Source: Deltaproteobacteria bacterium (lineage in GTDB: Bacteria > Bdellovibrionota_C > UBA2361 > OMII01). From it: 54,555 nucleotides of DNA. Positions 1 through 10,115 of the stretch are shown here, one piece after another. The stretch covers positions 1 through 54,555 of the forward strand of contig CANLJX010000004.1 of assembly GCA_947491545.1 (NCBI GenBank), in the 5' to 3' direction. How positions within the stretch are numbered: the stretch's first letter is position 1; each line of letters opens with the position of its first letter. A program made the position numbers and the translations under genes. The notes below the pieces were generated by a model, which ran no database searches, was not told where the DNA came from, and saw only the letters and a list, made by a program, of their open reading frames with translations.

Positions 1-27
1 CAAGTTGCCCTCGCCGCTCTCTTTGTG
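1..27. repeat. Repeat module A, right arm only (truncated by window start)
   Basis: GTTGCCCTCGCCGCTCTCTTTGTG matches the right arm of the other A copies (e.g. GTTGCCCTCGCTGAACTCTTTGTG ending near 35102). Confidence 0.75.
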
Positions 28-124
28 AAAACACTCCCATCACATTATGGGGTAGGCGATTTTCTCCGGCTTGGCGCCAGCTCGCTACTGCACTGGTTGC
101 CTTAAAATCCGATAACCACCAGGC

Positions 125-166
125 AACGGGAACGGCACCGGCTCCGGTACCGGTTCCGCTCCCGAA
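125..166 (+). repeat. Repeat module B, degenerate CGGNNC hexamer tract
   Basis: CGGGAA CGGCAC CGGCTC CGGTAC CGGTTC CGCTCC CGAA; similar to the reverse complement of 17048-17090. Confidence 0.65.
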
Positions 167-199
167 TCGCACCTGCCTTGAAGCTAGCCAGAACCGCCC

Positions 200-1903
200 T
201 TACTTCAACCCCTTCCCCGTCCCGCGATACACATTCCACTGGCCAATCTCTGCCAGCTTCTTGTCGCTCAACGTGGGGTCGATTCCGAGCAGCTCCTTCT
301 CGTTGCGATTGCGCACGACGAGCACATCTACGTCCGCATTCGGAATCTGCGGGTCCTCTAGGTTCACGATCGTCAGAGATGGGCTCTGGTGCAGCGGACC
401 GTAGAAGGTGGACGAGAACGGGAAGTACACGGGGAATCCGACCCGAATCTGAGCGTCTGGCTTCGAGAGCGATGCAACCAATTCAAGAACGCGGCGTGAA
501 GAGCGGTTGTTCGAGATATGGTTGTTCCACGCTACGGATGCGAGGGCATACGTCATGACCGTGCAGACTGCGAGTCGTCCGATCTCCTTTATTGGAGATG
601 TCTGCGCCCGGTTCACGTAGAGCGATGCTACGTACAAGAAAGCCACCGCAATCACGCACGCAGCGAGAGCGCCTGGGGTCCCGTACATTGTAACGCCGAT
701 AATCGCCCCGGTGAATGTTACTGCAGCCAAGAGGACCGTGAGGCCACGCGTGAGCTTGTACGAGAAGCGCAGCGCGCCTTCATCTGGCTCAACGAAGCGA
801 GCCCACAGCACAGCGCCCAAGAAAGCGAAGCCTGGAATGGAAGGCATGATGTAGGTGCCTGTGTACTGCCGCGCTCCGAGCAGCAGGAACGGGCAGCAAG
901 TTGCCCAGAGAACACCAAAGAGCAGGTCTGGATCAACAACGATCTTCTGTACTGAGCTTTTGCTGAAGACCTGCTTGTAGCGAGCAGCAAACCAGAACAG
1001 GAGCATTACAGACCACGGGACGAGTGCTGGAATCATCATCAACCACGCGGCACCGAAAGGTTGGCGATGGCCAGAGCCGTACACGTCGCCGTACTCCTTC
1101 TTAAAGAAGCGGCCGAAATTCTCCGAGATGAAAAAATACTCCAAGAATCCCGGAGTTTTTAGCTCAGCCAGAATGTACCAAGGCATGGCGACCACCAGGA
1201 AGAGCAGCGTGCCGGCAATCCACGGCAGTGCGGCAAACTGCTTAGGCCACTTTCCGGTGGTGTAGCGCAGAATCACCATCCAGGGCACGACGATGAGTCC
1301 CGGCAGCACGACTGCCAGAGGCCCCTTGACTAACATGCCGATGCCAGCACCAACGAATGCGACGTAGCCCCAAACGTTCGAAACTTGGAGCGAGCCCGGC
1401 CCTCTTCTTTTTTCAGCAAGAAGAAATCCGACGATCGACATGGTTGTGCCAAGCGTCAACGTCGTGTCTAGCAGCGCTGCTCCGGCGAGGAAGAAGGCTA
1501 TCGTCGAGGATGCGAAGATAATTGCTGCTGTGTAACCGGCCGTAATACCGAGCCGAACCCTGCCCGCAAAACCGAGCAGCACTCCAATTCCGATTCCGCT
1601 TAGCACACCCGGAAGGCGAGCTGCGAACGATGTGTATCCGAAGAGGAGGTAAGAGATCTGCATCAGCCAGAAGTGGAGCGGGGGCTTGCCGTTGTAGGGC
1701 ACCTCAACTCCCCGCAAGTTGATCCACGGCGTAATCCAATCGTTGCGGTCGAGCATTATCTTGGCGACCGAGCCGTAGCGACCCTCGGTTGAGTCCACCA
1801 GGTCAGGGAAAGGCAGGGTAAGGAGCCGCATCAAAACGATGGTTGCGAGAATGGCTATGGAGCCTTTCGCGAACTGCCGGGAAGAAAATTGTGGGACGTG
1901 CAC
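200..1903 (-). CDS. ArnT/PMT-family (GT-C fold) polyprenyl-phospho-sugar-dependent glycosyltransferase
   Basis: Motifs DSTEGRY, W.TP......Y.GKPPL.FW, FAARLP, KGP and PWY plus many TM helices, typical of ArnT-like GT83/GT39. Confidence 0.9.
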   Translation of the reverse strand: MHVPQFSSRQFAKGSIAILATIVLMRLLTLPFPDLVDSTEGRYGSVAKIMLDRNDWITPWINLRGVEVPYNGKPPLHFWLMQISYLLFGYTSFAARLPGVLSGIGIGVLLGFAGRVRLGITAGYTAAIIFASSTIAFFLAGAALLDTTLTLGTTMSIVGFLLAEKRRGPGSLQVSNVWGYVAFVGAGIGMLVKGPLAVVLPGLIVVPWMVILRYTTGKWPKQFAALPWIAGTLLFLVVAMPWYILAELKTPGFLEYFFISENFGRFFKKEYGDVYGSGHRQPFGAAWLMMIPALVPWSVMLLFWFAARYKQVFSKSSVQKIVVDPDLLFGVLWATCCPFLLLGARQYTGTYIMPSIPGFAFLGAVLWARFVEPDEGALRFSYKLTRGLTVLLAAVTFTGAIIGVTMYGTPGALAACVIAVAFLYVASLYVNRAQTSPIKEIGRLAVCTVMTYALASVAWNNHISNNRSSRRVLELVASLSKPDAQIRVGFPVYFPFSSTFYGPLHQSPSLTIVNLEDPQIPNADVDVLVVRNRNEKELLGIDPTLSDKKLAEIGQWNVYRGTGKGLK

Positions 1904-2210
1904 AGTATATCCTCAAGGAACTTCAAGGCGCCGAGGTTATCACCTGGAGAGGGGGCTGACGAGCCGTCTAGGGTATAAAAATGATGACCCTGTTGCTGGG
2001 TAACTTGAGTCCCTGCCAGGGAAAAAAGAGAGGAGCAGCTACCGGTCGATCAGGGGAGGTTTTGTGGCAACCGACCGGTAGTGCTCCACGCCTAAGGTGA
2101 TTGACGGCCCTCTCTCCACTCTATTCAGGACCTGCGGCGCTTTTTCCTCATCCTACTCCGTAAGTGCCAGTGCCGCTGAGGTATCTGGACCAATTTCCCG
2201 CGGGATCTTC

Positions 2211-3467
2211 ATGTTCTTTTCGGTATCGATGACGCGTCTTGTGGCGCGGATCTGTGCGCTCTTTGCGCTGCTGCATACCGGCGGCTGCTTCCGCGTTTCG
2301 CGTGATCACCTCTACGACGGGCCCCCGCCTCGGCCGGCAGCGATGGAGCGCTACTACGCGCCTGAACAGAGCTACACCGGCTACCGCGAGGAGATCGAGA
2401 AGGCAACGCCGAAGTTTACGATCAAGCACATCACCGTGGAGTCCTACGCAGGACCGATCGTAATCGACTACTTCCAGACCCCGAAGCAGAGCGATGCGCT
2501 TGTGCTCGTCTTCCCGGTGCTGGGCGGAAAGAACTTCATCGAGCGGCACATGGCAAAGTACTTCGCCGAGGCTGGATTCGATGCAGCGATTGTAAACCGC
2601 AGCAACGAGTTTAAGGATCCAGCGAAGTTCGATCAGCTTGAGGAGATCTTCAGGCTCAACGTGATTCGCGATCGTCTCGCGCTCGACTTTTTCCAGAACG
2701 AGTACGGCAAGGCTCGCTTCGGCACCTTCGGCATCAGCCGCGGCGCAATTAATGTGGCGCTGACTGCGGGGATCGACGATCGGCTCAAGTACAACGTGCT
2801 CGTGATGGGGGGCACTGACCTAGTCGACCTCTTCCGTGACTCAAACCAGCCGCGCATATCGAATTACATCCAGATGGTCTCTGAACAGAAAGGTTTTGTT
2901 CAGGAGCAGTTCTTTGAGGCGTTGCGCCGGCAGCTCCGTACCGACCCTAAAAACACAGCGCGTTACCTTGATGGGCGCGATACGCTCCTTATCCTCGGCA
3001 TCTTCGACCGCACCGTGCCATTCCGGTATGGGCTCAGGCTGCGCGAACAGATCGGACGGCCGGAGACGGTCTTCTTGCTCGCGGACCACTATGTTGGAGT
3101 GCTTTACTCGCAGACGGTGTCAGTCGTGCCGCCAAGCAAAGATGGTCCTGGGCTCTTCCCATTTCCGTACGTCGAAGAGGAGGCGCTCAATTTCTACGAC
3201 CGGCACTTCAACAACGAGACGCACTGGACGATCATCCCGTACCGGATACTGCAGACCCCGGTGAATCTCCTTGCCGAGGGCTTCGCCGAAGTCGGCTCGT
3301 TCTTCGAGTGGGCGTTCGACTCGGATGAAGATGAGCCTTCGGACGACGAGAGCGAAGAGAGTGAACAGTACTGGGTTGAGGCGCTTCAGATTGCGGCGGG
3401 GGCGAAGCCCGAAGATGCCGAGGGGTTGGCGTTGCAGGGGGGCACCGGAGTGGCTTCGGTGCGGTAG
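2211..3467 (+). CDS. Alpha/beta-hydrolase-fold putative lipoprotein
   Basis: G-I-S-R-G nucleophile elbow, FDRTVP (Asp) and ADHY (His); hydrophobic signal ending in TGGC; start moved from GTG 2097 to ATG 2211 (2229 also possible). Confidence 0.7.
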   Translation: MFFSVSMTRLVARICALFALLHTGGCFRVSRDHLYDGPPPRPAAMERYYAPEQSYTGYREEIEKATPKFTIKHITVESYAGPIVIDYFQTPKQSDALVLVFPVLGGKNFIERHMAKYFAEAGFDAAIVNRSNEFKDPAKFDQLEEIFRLNVIRDRLALDFFQNEYGKARFGTFGISRGAINVALTAGIDDRLKYNVLVMGGTDLVDLFRDSNQPRISNYIQMVSEQKGFVQEQFFEALRRQLRTDPKNTARYLDGRDTLLILGIFDRTVPFRYGLRLREQIGRPETVFLLADHYVGVLYSQTVSVVPPSKDGPGLFPFPYVEEEALNFYDRHFNNETHWTIIPYRILQTPVNLLAEGFAEVGSFFEWAFDSDEDEPSDDESEESEQYWVEALQIAAGAKPEDAEGLALQGGTGVASVR

Positions 3468-3483
3468 CTGAAGGGGGAGGTTT

Positions 3484-3868
3484 ACAAAGAGAGCAGCGAG
3501 AGCAGCGGGCAGGGGAAAGCCAGACTAATTCCCCCTCGCTGTTCTCGCTGCTCTCTTTGTGTTTATTCCCCTCCTCAAGCCTGCTCTTGGCGGCAGTGAT
3601 CTCTGATTTTTGTGCTGCGGAGCCGTAGCCGGAACCGTTCCCGCTGCCGCTCCCGGTTGGTGGGGCCCACGTCGCGATACTCCTTACCCGGGCACGGCAC
3701 CGGGAACGGTTCCGGTTTCGGCTCCTTCGCGCTTAGCGGGACTCTCTGCCGTGTACGGGTACGTGCACGTTCACGTCCCGAGCGGGATTTGTTTTACAAA
3801 GAGAGCAGCGAGAGCAGAGAGGGGAAATGAAGTTAACTCCCCCTCGCTGTTCTCGCTGCTCTCTTTGT
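3484..3868. repeat. Composite intergenic repeat island: A (3484-3560), divergent B pair (3613-3742), D (3751-3780), A (3796-3868)
   Basis: Two ACAAAGAGAGCAGCGAGAGCAG...CTGTTCTCGCTGCTCTCTTTGT hairpins bracket hexamer elements between convergent genes. Confidence 0.85.
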
Positions 3869-3878
3869 GTCTTCCCCC

Positions 3879-5141
3879 TTATTTTGTTTGCTGAAAATCC
3901 GCCAAGCCTTTGCCGAAATCGAAGTACGTATATGGCTGAGATGCGGCCCACTCGTCTCGGCTCTTGGCGTTGTTGAACCAGATGCGGAGGTGCGAGGGCT
4001 CGTAGAGCACGTTCTGGAAGTTCGATGGCATCGCGATGTACGGGATGACCTCGTCCATAATGTTCTGTGGGGTCAGCTTGCCACGGTGCTCGGTGAGGGA
4101 CTGGTGCATCTTGTCATCGTAGTGGCCGCCGTACACAAAGTTTGGTATCCCGGGAAAGTTGCGCGAGTCATCCTTGAGTGTCTCTCCGACCTTGTGCACC
4201 TCGAAGCGGAACGGGTCACGAATGTACAGCTCGGCGCTCTTGTCCTTTCCGTCGCTCATGAGGAACACGAATGAGTTTGTTGGTGGTGCGGAACTGATAA
4301 TTTTCCGGACATCTTTCAGGTTTTTGGAGTACGTGAGCACATCGCGCAACAGGAACGGCATCGGCTCGCCGTGCATCGTCTCTCCGTCCGGGTCTCCGTA
4401 GCCCATCTCGCCTAGCGTGATCTGCTCGGCGTTCATGCCGGAGACGGCTCCAAGGAATCCTACCCAGCCGACGTTGACCGACGGTACGCCTTTGTTAGGG
4501 ACGTTGACGGTTAGCAACGGGTACTCGTGCAGCTTGGAGATCTTGTGCAAGCCCCAGTCGAGGATTCGCACGGTGTACATGGAGCCGTCGGCGGTGGCCG
4601 GCCCAGACGCAGCGAAGTTGCTGCACGAGGTTCCGTAGGCGCCGTTCATCATGTTTTTGATCACTTCTTTGAGCTTCTTCTTTCCGCCCCACTCTGAGAT
4701 CTCTGGCAGTGCGTGAATGCCGTGCACCACTTTAAGAGGCAGTCGGGCGCCGTGCGCTAGGCCGTGCATCTCTTCGATGTACTCCTGAGGGATGTACGGG
4801 CGCTGCCGCTCGTAGGCTTCAAAGAGGAGCTCCTCGAAATGGTACTTGGAGAGGAGCTTGTCGTAGAGATAGAGAAGATTGTCGCGCACCTCTTCGCGCA
4901 AGAGGACTCCCTGCTGGTATCCGCGCTCGTAAGGAGTGCCCGAGACGTAGATCACGCGCACCTTGCCGTCGTCGGTCCAGCCGACTTTGGCTTTCGACAC
5001 GATCTCCTTCTCTTGCTCCACCGAGCTTATGACGTCGCTGCGAATCAGGAAGTGGTCGGGGTCGATCCGTAGGTAGGCGCAGGCGTTGAGCGAGAGCGAT
5101 GCGAGTGCGACGAGGGTAAACCGGAGCAGGGGGTGTTGCAT
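3879..5141 (-). CDS. C45-family Ntn-hydrolase (acid-ceramidase/NAAA/penicillin-acyltransferase-like) lipoprotein
   Basis: SGTPYERGYQQG, EEMHGLAHG, GTS-CSNFAA (Cys nucleophile), RILDW, GAVSGMN; lipobox LSLNAC after ATG 5141. Confidence 0.85.
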   Translation of the reverse strand: MQHPLLRFTLVALASLSLNACAYLRIDPDHFLIRSDVISSVEQEKEIVSKAKVGWTDDGKVRVIYVSGTPYERGYQQGVLLREEVRDNLLYLYDKLLSKYHFEELLFEAYERQRPYIPQEYIEEMHGLAHGARLPLKVVHGIHALPEISEWGGKKKLKEVIKNMMNGAYGTSCSNFAASGPATADGSMYTVRILDWGLHKISKLHEYPLLTVNVPNKGVPSVNVGWVGFLGAVSGMNAEQITLGEMGYGDPDGETMHGEPMPFLLRDVLTYSKNLKDVRKIISSAPPTNSFVFLMSDGKDKSAELYIRDPFRFEVHKVGETLKDDSRNFPGIPNFVYGGHYDDKMHQSLTEHRGKLTPQNIMDEVIPYIAMPSNFQNVLYEPSHLRIWFNNAKSRDEWAASQPYTYFDFGKGLADFQQTK

Positions 5142-5298
5142 AACGTTTGTGGCTTTCTTCCCAGTATAGCGAGCTTTTGTGTGGCTCCGAAGCACGGAAC
5201 TACTTAAGGGAACATTCGGCGGATTTGTCCTTTTTCTTGAGCACGAACTAGGCTGCTTGGGCGCCGCGAGAAGCTGTTATAACGGCGATTGGGGCGGG

Positions 5299-5682
5299 CT
5301 AGGTCAGGGAGATTTCATCTACCAGGGCGAGGATCTCGCGCGTCTCGACGATCCGCAGCTCATCGTCCCAGGGGACACGAACTCCGGCGTTTTTGGGGAT
5401 AAGGACGGTGCTGCCGTTTGGAATGCCGCTCACGTTGGTTTCCTCGGAGGTGTCTGAGTCCACGGCGCTGGCGACCTCGATCACCTCGGCTACGATGCTC
5501 TCCTGCAACGCCTCCTTGGCTCCTTCGGGCAGATAAAGACCGCTATCGGTTACGTTTAGGTCCTTCTGGATCCTGACTAGCACTCGCAGCCCTAACGGGT
5601 GGACTCTACGAATCCGGCGTTTTTCTGAGTGTCGATGGGATTCAAACAGCGGTTTGCTATCTTGGTGTTTCTTCGGAGTCAT
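5299..5682 (-). CDS. Co-chaperonin GroES/Cpn10-like protein, no adjacent groEL
   Basis: HPLGLRVLV...TDSGLYLPEGAKE...AEVIEV...REILALV follows the Cpn10 pattern; start moved to ATG 5682. Confidence 0.8.
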   Translation of the reverse strand: MTPKKHQDSKPLFESHRHSEKRRIRRVHPLGLRVLVRIQKDLNVTDSGLYLPEGAKEALQESIVAEVIEVASAVDSDTSEETNVSGIPNGSTVLIPKNAGVRVPWDDELRIVETREILALVDEISLT

Positions 5683-5953
5683 GTGCGAATTTCTGTGCTT
5701 CCAGGGGAGGTCTTTCCTGTGCGTCAGCAGCCTGCTCATCGTAGCTAGCCTGCTCCGAGCAGGCAACGAGGGGAGTGAGAGCCGATTAGCGTTGTTTCGG
5801 CAGCAACGCCGCTCTAGTGCTGTGCTGCAGCCCGTGGCGTGCTATATGCGGGGCGCACAGTTTCGCCGTATTTCTTTATACTTGGACCCTTTTTTCTGGC
5901 GAGAGAGTCTAAGTAGTACTGAGTGTGCGTAGCGAAGCACGAGGAGAAATAGA

Positions 5954-7243
5954 ATGTCCGAGATAGCTGAACTGAAACTCGCGGGGCAGACGATTGAGCT
6001 GCCGGTTGTTATTGGCACAGAGAACGAGAAGGGCGTCGACGTCTCGAACCTGCGCGCGAAGACGGGCTACATCACGCTCGACAACGGCTACATGAACACG
6101 GGCGCATGCACGAGCGCGATTACGTTCATCGACGGCGAGAAGGGGATCCTGCGTTACCGCGGCATTCCGATCGAGGTGCTCGCCGAGCGCTCTACCTTCC
6201 TTGAGGTCGCCTACCTTCTGATCGAGGGGAAGCTTCCGACTCAGGCAGAGCTCGACTACTTCACGAACCGAGTTCGTCGCCACACGATGATCCACGAGGA
6301 TATCAAGCGCTTCTACGACGGATTCCCGCGCGATGCTCACCCGATGGCGATCCTCGCCTCAGTAGTCTCGTCGCTCTCGACCTTCTACCAGCACGATGAC
6401 CAGCGCTCAGAAGACGAGCAGTTCTCGCTCAATGCGGTTCGCTTGCTCGCCAAGCTGCCGACTATCGCCGCGTACGCGTACAAGAAGTCGATCGGGCAGC
6501 CGCTCATGTACCCGCAGAACCACATGAGCTACTGCGAGAACTTCCTGCACATGATGTTCTCGACTCCAGCTGAGCACTACGAGGTTGACCCGGTGATGAC
6601 TGAGACGCTCAACCTGCTGCTGATCCTGCATGCCGACCACGAGCAGAACTGCTCGACGTCGACGGTGCGAATGGTGAGCAGCAGTAAGGCGAGCCTCTTC
6701 GCAGCGATCACTGCCGGCATCTGTGCCCTGTGGGGTCCGCGTCACGGCGGCGCTAACGAAGAGGTCATCGACATGCTCACCCAGATGCGCAACGAGGGCG
6801 GCGGGGTGAAGAAGTACATCGACATGGCGAAGGACAAGAACAGCAACTTCAAGCTGATGGGCTTTGGCCACCGTGTGTACAAGAACTTTGATCCACGCGC
6901 AAAGATTATCAAAGCGGCATGTGACAAGCTTCTCGCTCGGATGAAGATATCAGATCCGCTGCTCGACATTGCGAAGGAGCTCGAAGAGGCGGCGCTCAAG
7001 GACCCGTACTTCGTGGAGCGAAAACTCTACCCGAACGTCGACTTCTATAGCGGCATTATCTACAAGGCGATGGGCATACCGACTGTCGCGTTCACTGTGA
7101 TGTTCGCACTTGGACGTCTCCCAGGCTGGATTGCGCACTCGAAGGAGTACAGCAAGGAGCCGGGCAACAAGATCAACCGGCCGCGGCAGATCTACATTGG
7201 AGAGCCGCAGTCGGAGTATGTTTCGGTGGATAAGCGGAAGTAG
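5954..7243 (+). CDS. gltA: Citrate synthase (type II)
   Basis: ILHADHEQNCSTS, GPRHGGANE, MGFGHRVYK, YPNVDFYSG, RPRQIY; GGAG SD upstream. Confidence 0.97.
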   Translation: MSEIAELKLAGQTIELPVVIGTENEKGVDVSNLRAKTGYITLDNGYMNTGACTSAITFIDGEKGILRYRGIPIEVLAERSTFLEVAYLLIEGKLPTQAELDYFTNRVRRHTMIHEDIKRFYDGFPRDAHPMAILASVVSSLSTFYQHDDQRSEDEQFSLNAVRLLAKLPTIAAYAYKKSIGQPLMYPQNHMSYCENFLHMMFSTPAEHYEVDPVMTETLNLLLILHADHEQNCSTSTVRMVSSSKASLFAAITAGICALWGPRHGGANEEVIDMLTQMRNEGGGVKKYIDMAKDKNSNFKLMGFGHRVYKNFDPRAKIIKAACDKLLARMKISDPLLDIAKELEEAALKDPYFVERKLYPNVDFYSGIIYKAMGIPTVAFTVMFALGRLPGWIAHSKEYSKEPGNKINRPRQIYIGEPQSEYVSVDKRK

Positions 7244-7286
7244 AGAGCTGGCGTTCCTGGGGCTTGAACGGAGCCCAGGTAGGGCG

Positions 7287-7841
7287 CTAGCCCTTTGGCC
7301 ACGTTATTGAGCTGTCCTCATCAGCTGCGTTCCTGCAGCATTCCTCGAATTCCTGCGAGCATTTTTGAATCTTTGCCTGGTCTTTCTTCCATGAAAGCAG
7401 GTTGGCTAGGAGCTGAGCGATGAGGACCCCTTTTTCAGTGGCCTGCTTCATAAAGTACTGCATCGCCTTTGGATCTTTTGGATCTTTCTCGTTCCGGGCC
7501 TTCCAGAAGAAATCCTCCTGCTCCTTTTTGAGGCGCTCAATTCGCTCAAGGATCAGGGCCTCGTTGTCCGGCAGCTGCGTAAAATCATCCGTTCCCGCAA
7601 TGCAGTAGATGAAAGCAGACTCGCATTTAGAGAGATACGCTGGACAGCCATTTGCTGGGGGGTACCGAGGGGTTTGAGTCCCATTTGCCGGTTGAGGGTC
7701 TGCCGGCGACGAAGCTGATGCGTTACCGGGGGCCATCGCGCTCTGCGGCGCAGAGAAGGCAGCTGCTGGCATCAATAGCATCGCGATGGATAGCGAGCAG
7801 ATGAGCTTGGTTAAAAATCCCCAAGAGCCTTGATTTGTCAT
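7287..7841 (-). CDS. Hypothetical secreted, Cys-containing helical protein
   Basis: GGAGG SD before ATG 7841; signal-like N-terminus (…LLMPAAAFSA); Cys clusters at both ends of a predicted helical hairpin. Confidence 0.6.
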   Translation of the reverse strand: MTNQGSWGFLTKLICSLSIAMLLMPAAAFSAPQSAMAPGNASASSPADPQPANGTQTPRYPPANGCPAYLSKCESAFIYCIAGTDDFTQLPDNEALILERIERLKKEQEDFFWKARNEKDPKDPKAMQYFMKQATEKGVLIAQLLANLLSWKKDQAKIQKCSQEFEECCRNAADEDSSITWPKG

Positions 7842-8045
7842 AAGCGCCTCCCTGTAGTGAAGTAGGTAGTCGGGCTGTTTTTCAAGGGGCTTGAGCGTCA
7901 AGACCACCCTAAAGAACTTTGAGTTTAGGGAGCATGTTGTTTCAATTGGTTATAGCGCTGAAGCTGTTTTAGGCCCTGAATAGAGGAGAGGGAGAAGAGC
8001 CTTCTCCCAGATGCTTCGAGAGGAGGAGCCTAGGGCTGGCGAACG

Positions 8046-9323
8046 CTAAAAAAGCGCCCCCCGCTGAGCAATAAACACCGCGGCACCGGCCGCGTATCCA
8101 AGCAGGGCGAGGCCCGTTACGCGCTTCAGGTACCAGAAGAAGTCGATCTTCTCGATCCCCATGGCTGCTACTCCTGCGGCGGAGCCGATGATGAGGGCGC
8201 TGCCGCCTGTTCCTGAGCAGTAGGTGAGGAACTGCCAGAAGACGTGGTCTGTTGGGAACTGCTCTAGCGGGAACATCCCCTGCATCGCTGCCACGAGCGG
8301 CACGTTGTCGACAACGGCTGAGAGCAGTCCGATCAGGAGGCTCACAACGGCCAGGCTCTGTATTCGTGCTTGTAACCACGTCGATGCTGCGGTGAGGACT
8401 CCGGCTGCTTCAAGGGCTGATACCGCAAGCAGGATCCCGAGAAAGAAGAGGATGCTCGGAGCGTCGATCTTGCGTAGCGCGTGGTTTACCGAGAGGACAC
8501 CGTGATCTGCGTCGTCTTTCTCGCCGTGCACGAGCTCTGTCAGGAGCCACATCCCTCCTAGCCCGAGCAGCATCCCCATGAAGGGGGGCAGGTGCGTGAC
8601 TGTCTTAAAGATCGGAACTGCGATCAGCGCCCCGAAGCCAAGCGAGAGCACGAGGGTTCTCTCCCAGCCAGGGGCGATGCTGTGCTTCTCTTGCGGGGCT
8701 GCTGGTGGCAGCTCGCCCTTCGTGGTTAACGAGAGCAGTGCGAGAGGAGCTATAAGGCAGGCGAGGCTCGGAAGGATCAGGGTTGTTACCGTGGCGGCAG
8801 GGGTGATCTGCTTTCCGATCCAGAGCATGGTGGTGGTGACGTCACCGAGCGGCGACCATGCGCCTCCTGCGTTCGCTGCGATGACTGTCATGCCAGCGAA
8901 GATCAGCCGGTCGTCACGCGAGGGAATGAGCCTCCTCATGAGCGTTACCATGACTATGGTAGTGGTGAGGTTGTCGAGCAGGGCAGAGAGAAAGAAGGTG
9001 ACGAGGCTCGCTCCCCACAGGAGCTTCACCTTGTTGCGGCTGCGGAAGAGGACCCCGAGCGAGTCAAAGCCGTTGTGCGCGTCGATCAGCTCGACTATCA
9101 CCATTGCGCCGAGCAGGAAGAAGAGGATTCCGGCTATGTCTGCGAACTGCTGCTCAAGCGCGTGCAGGACCGGCTCGCGGTCGGGTGCGAGCATCACGCA
9201 CACCGTCCAGCACACAACTCCTGTCACCAGGGCGCTGGCGGATTTGTTGACCTTGATGGCGTGTTCTAGCGTTATCGCCAGGTAGCCGAGGGTGAATATC
9301 GCTACGAGTAGGGTGACCGTCAT
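8046..9323 (-). CDS. nhaD: Na+/H+ antiporter, NhaD family
   Basis: VNKS, LDNLTTTIV, AANAGGAWSPLGDVTTTMLWI, SAVVDNVPLV, GTGGS..IIGSAAGV. Confidence 0.92.
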   Translation of the reverse strand: MTVTLLVAIFTLGYLAITLEHAIKVNKSASALVTGVVCWTVCVMLAPDREPVLHALEQQFADIAGILFFLLGAMVIVELIDAHNGFDSLGVLFRSRNKVKLLWGASLVTFFLSALLDNLTTTIVMVTLMRRLIPSRDDRLIFAGMTVIAANAGGAWSPLGDVTTTMLWIGKQITPAATVTTLILPSLACLIAPLALLSLTTKGELPPAAPQEKHSIAPGWERTLVLSLGFGALIAVPIFKTVTHLPPFMGMLLGLGGMWLLTELVHGEKDDADHGVLSVNHALRKIDAPSILFFLGILLAVSALEAAGVLTAASTWLQARIQSLAVVSLLIGLLSAVVDNVPLVAAMQGMFPLEQFPTDHVFWQFLTYCSGTGGSALIIGSAAGVAAMGIEKIDFFWYLKRVTGLALLGYAAGAAVFIAQRGALF

Positions 9324-9353
9324 CGAGATCTCTCGGAGTCCCCTAGCGTAAAA

Positions 9354-10115
9354 CTACCACGGCAGAATGCTGAAGGTGCCTTGGCTCTCTACCTTGGCGA
9401 AGCCGTCGCGGTTAAGAGCTTCAGCAATGATGTTGGCCCATGTCGACACTATCTCGCGGTTCGGGCTTGTGACGGTTACTTTGTTGAGATCCAAGAGCCT
9501 TGTGGGTGGGAACTTCCTGTCTGCAGCCGTTGCGACCAGCTTCCCGGTCTTTCCGTCGTACACCCGAGCGGCGAACGCTACGTGTGGGTCGGAGATAGCA
9601 GAGAAGAGCATCGCGGAGCCGGGTACCGGCACTAGGAGCGCGCCGGTGTTCTCAATTGGCTGAGAGAATTCGTTCTCGGTGATGGCGAGATCGATTACGA
9701 GGCCATCCGGCATCGGCTTGTCTACAACTTTCATCGTCCCCTTCGGGTACTTCTCGACCTTGTTCTTGAGCTGCTCAAGGAAGTAGTCCGCCAGAAGCTG
9801 GGATTCCTTCATGAAGTCGGCCTCTGAGGTGATGTAGACACTCTTGCTGTCCTTCCAGCTCTCCGGTGGAAGCTTTGAGAGCGTCACTGAGCGGAAATAC
9901 ACATTGTGGTAGTGGCCGAGCGGGAAGTTCGGCTCAACCCAGGCGTGATCGAATGGGAGGGTCTTGTCTTTAACCGATACGTCCCGGTCCTCAAGGAAGA
10001 GGTTTGAGACTGGATTGGTGCGTTTTTCTACGGCGCAGCCGGTGAGGGTAAAAAGAGCTGCTACGACCTGCACTGCTGCTACGAACTTTGTAAAGGAGTG
10101 GCTGAGGTTGCGCAT
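9354..10115 (-). CDS. Lipoprotein, DUF3313-like
   Basis: Lipobox LTGC; DLAITE...AARVYDGKTGKLVA.AADR pattern; start moved to ATG 10115. Confidence 0.65.
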   Translation of the reverse strand: MRNLSHSFTKFVAAVQVVAALFTLTGCAVEKRTNPVSNLFLEDRDVSVKDKTLPFDHAWVEPNFPLGHYHNVYFRSVTLSKLPPESWKDSKSVYITSEADFMKESQLLADYFLEQLKNKVEKYPKGTMKVVDKPMPDGLVIDLAITENEFSQPIENTGALLVPVPGSAMLFSAISDPHVAFAARVYDGKTGKLVATAADRKFPPTRLLDLNKVTVTSPNREIVSTWANIIAEALNRDGFAKVESQGTFSILPW

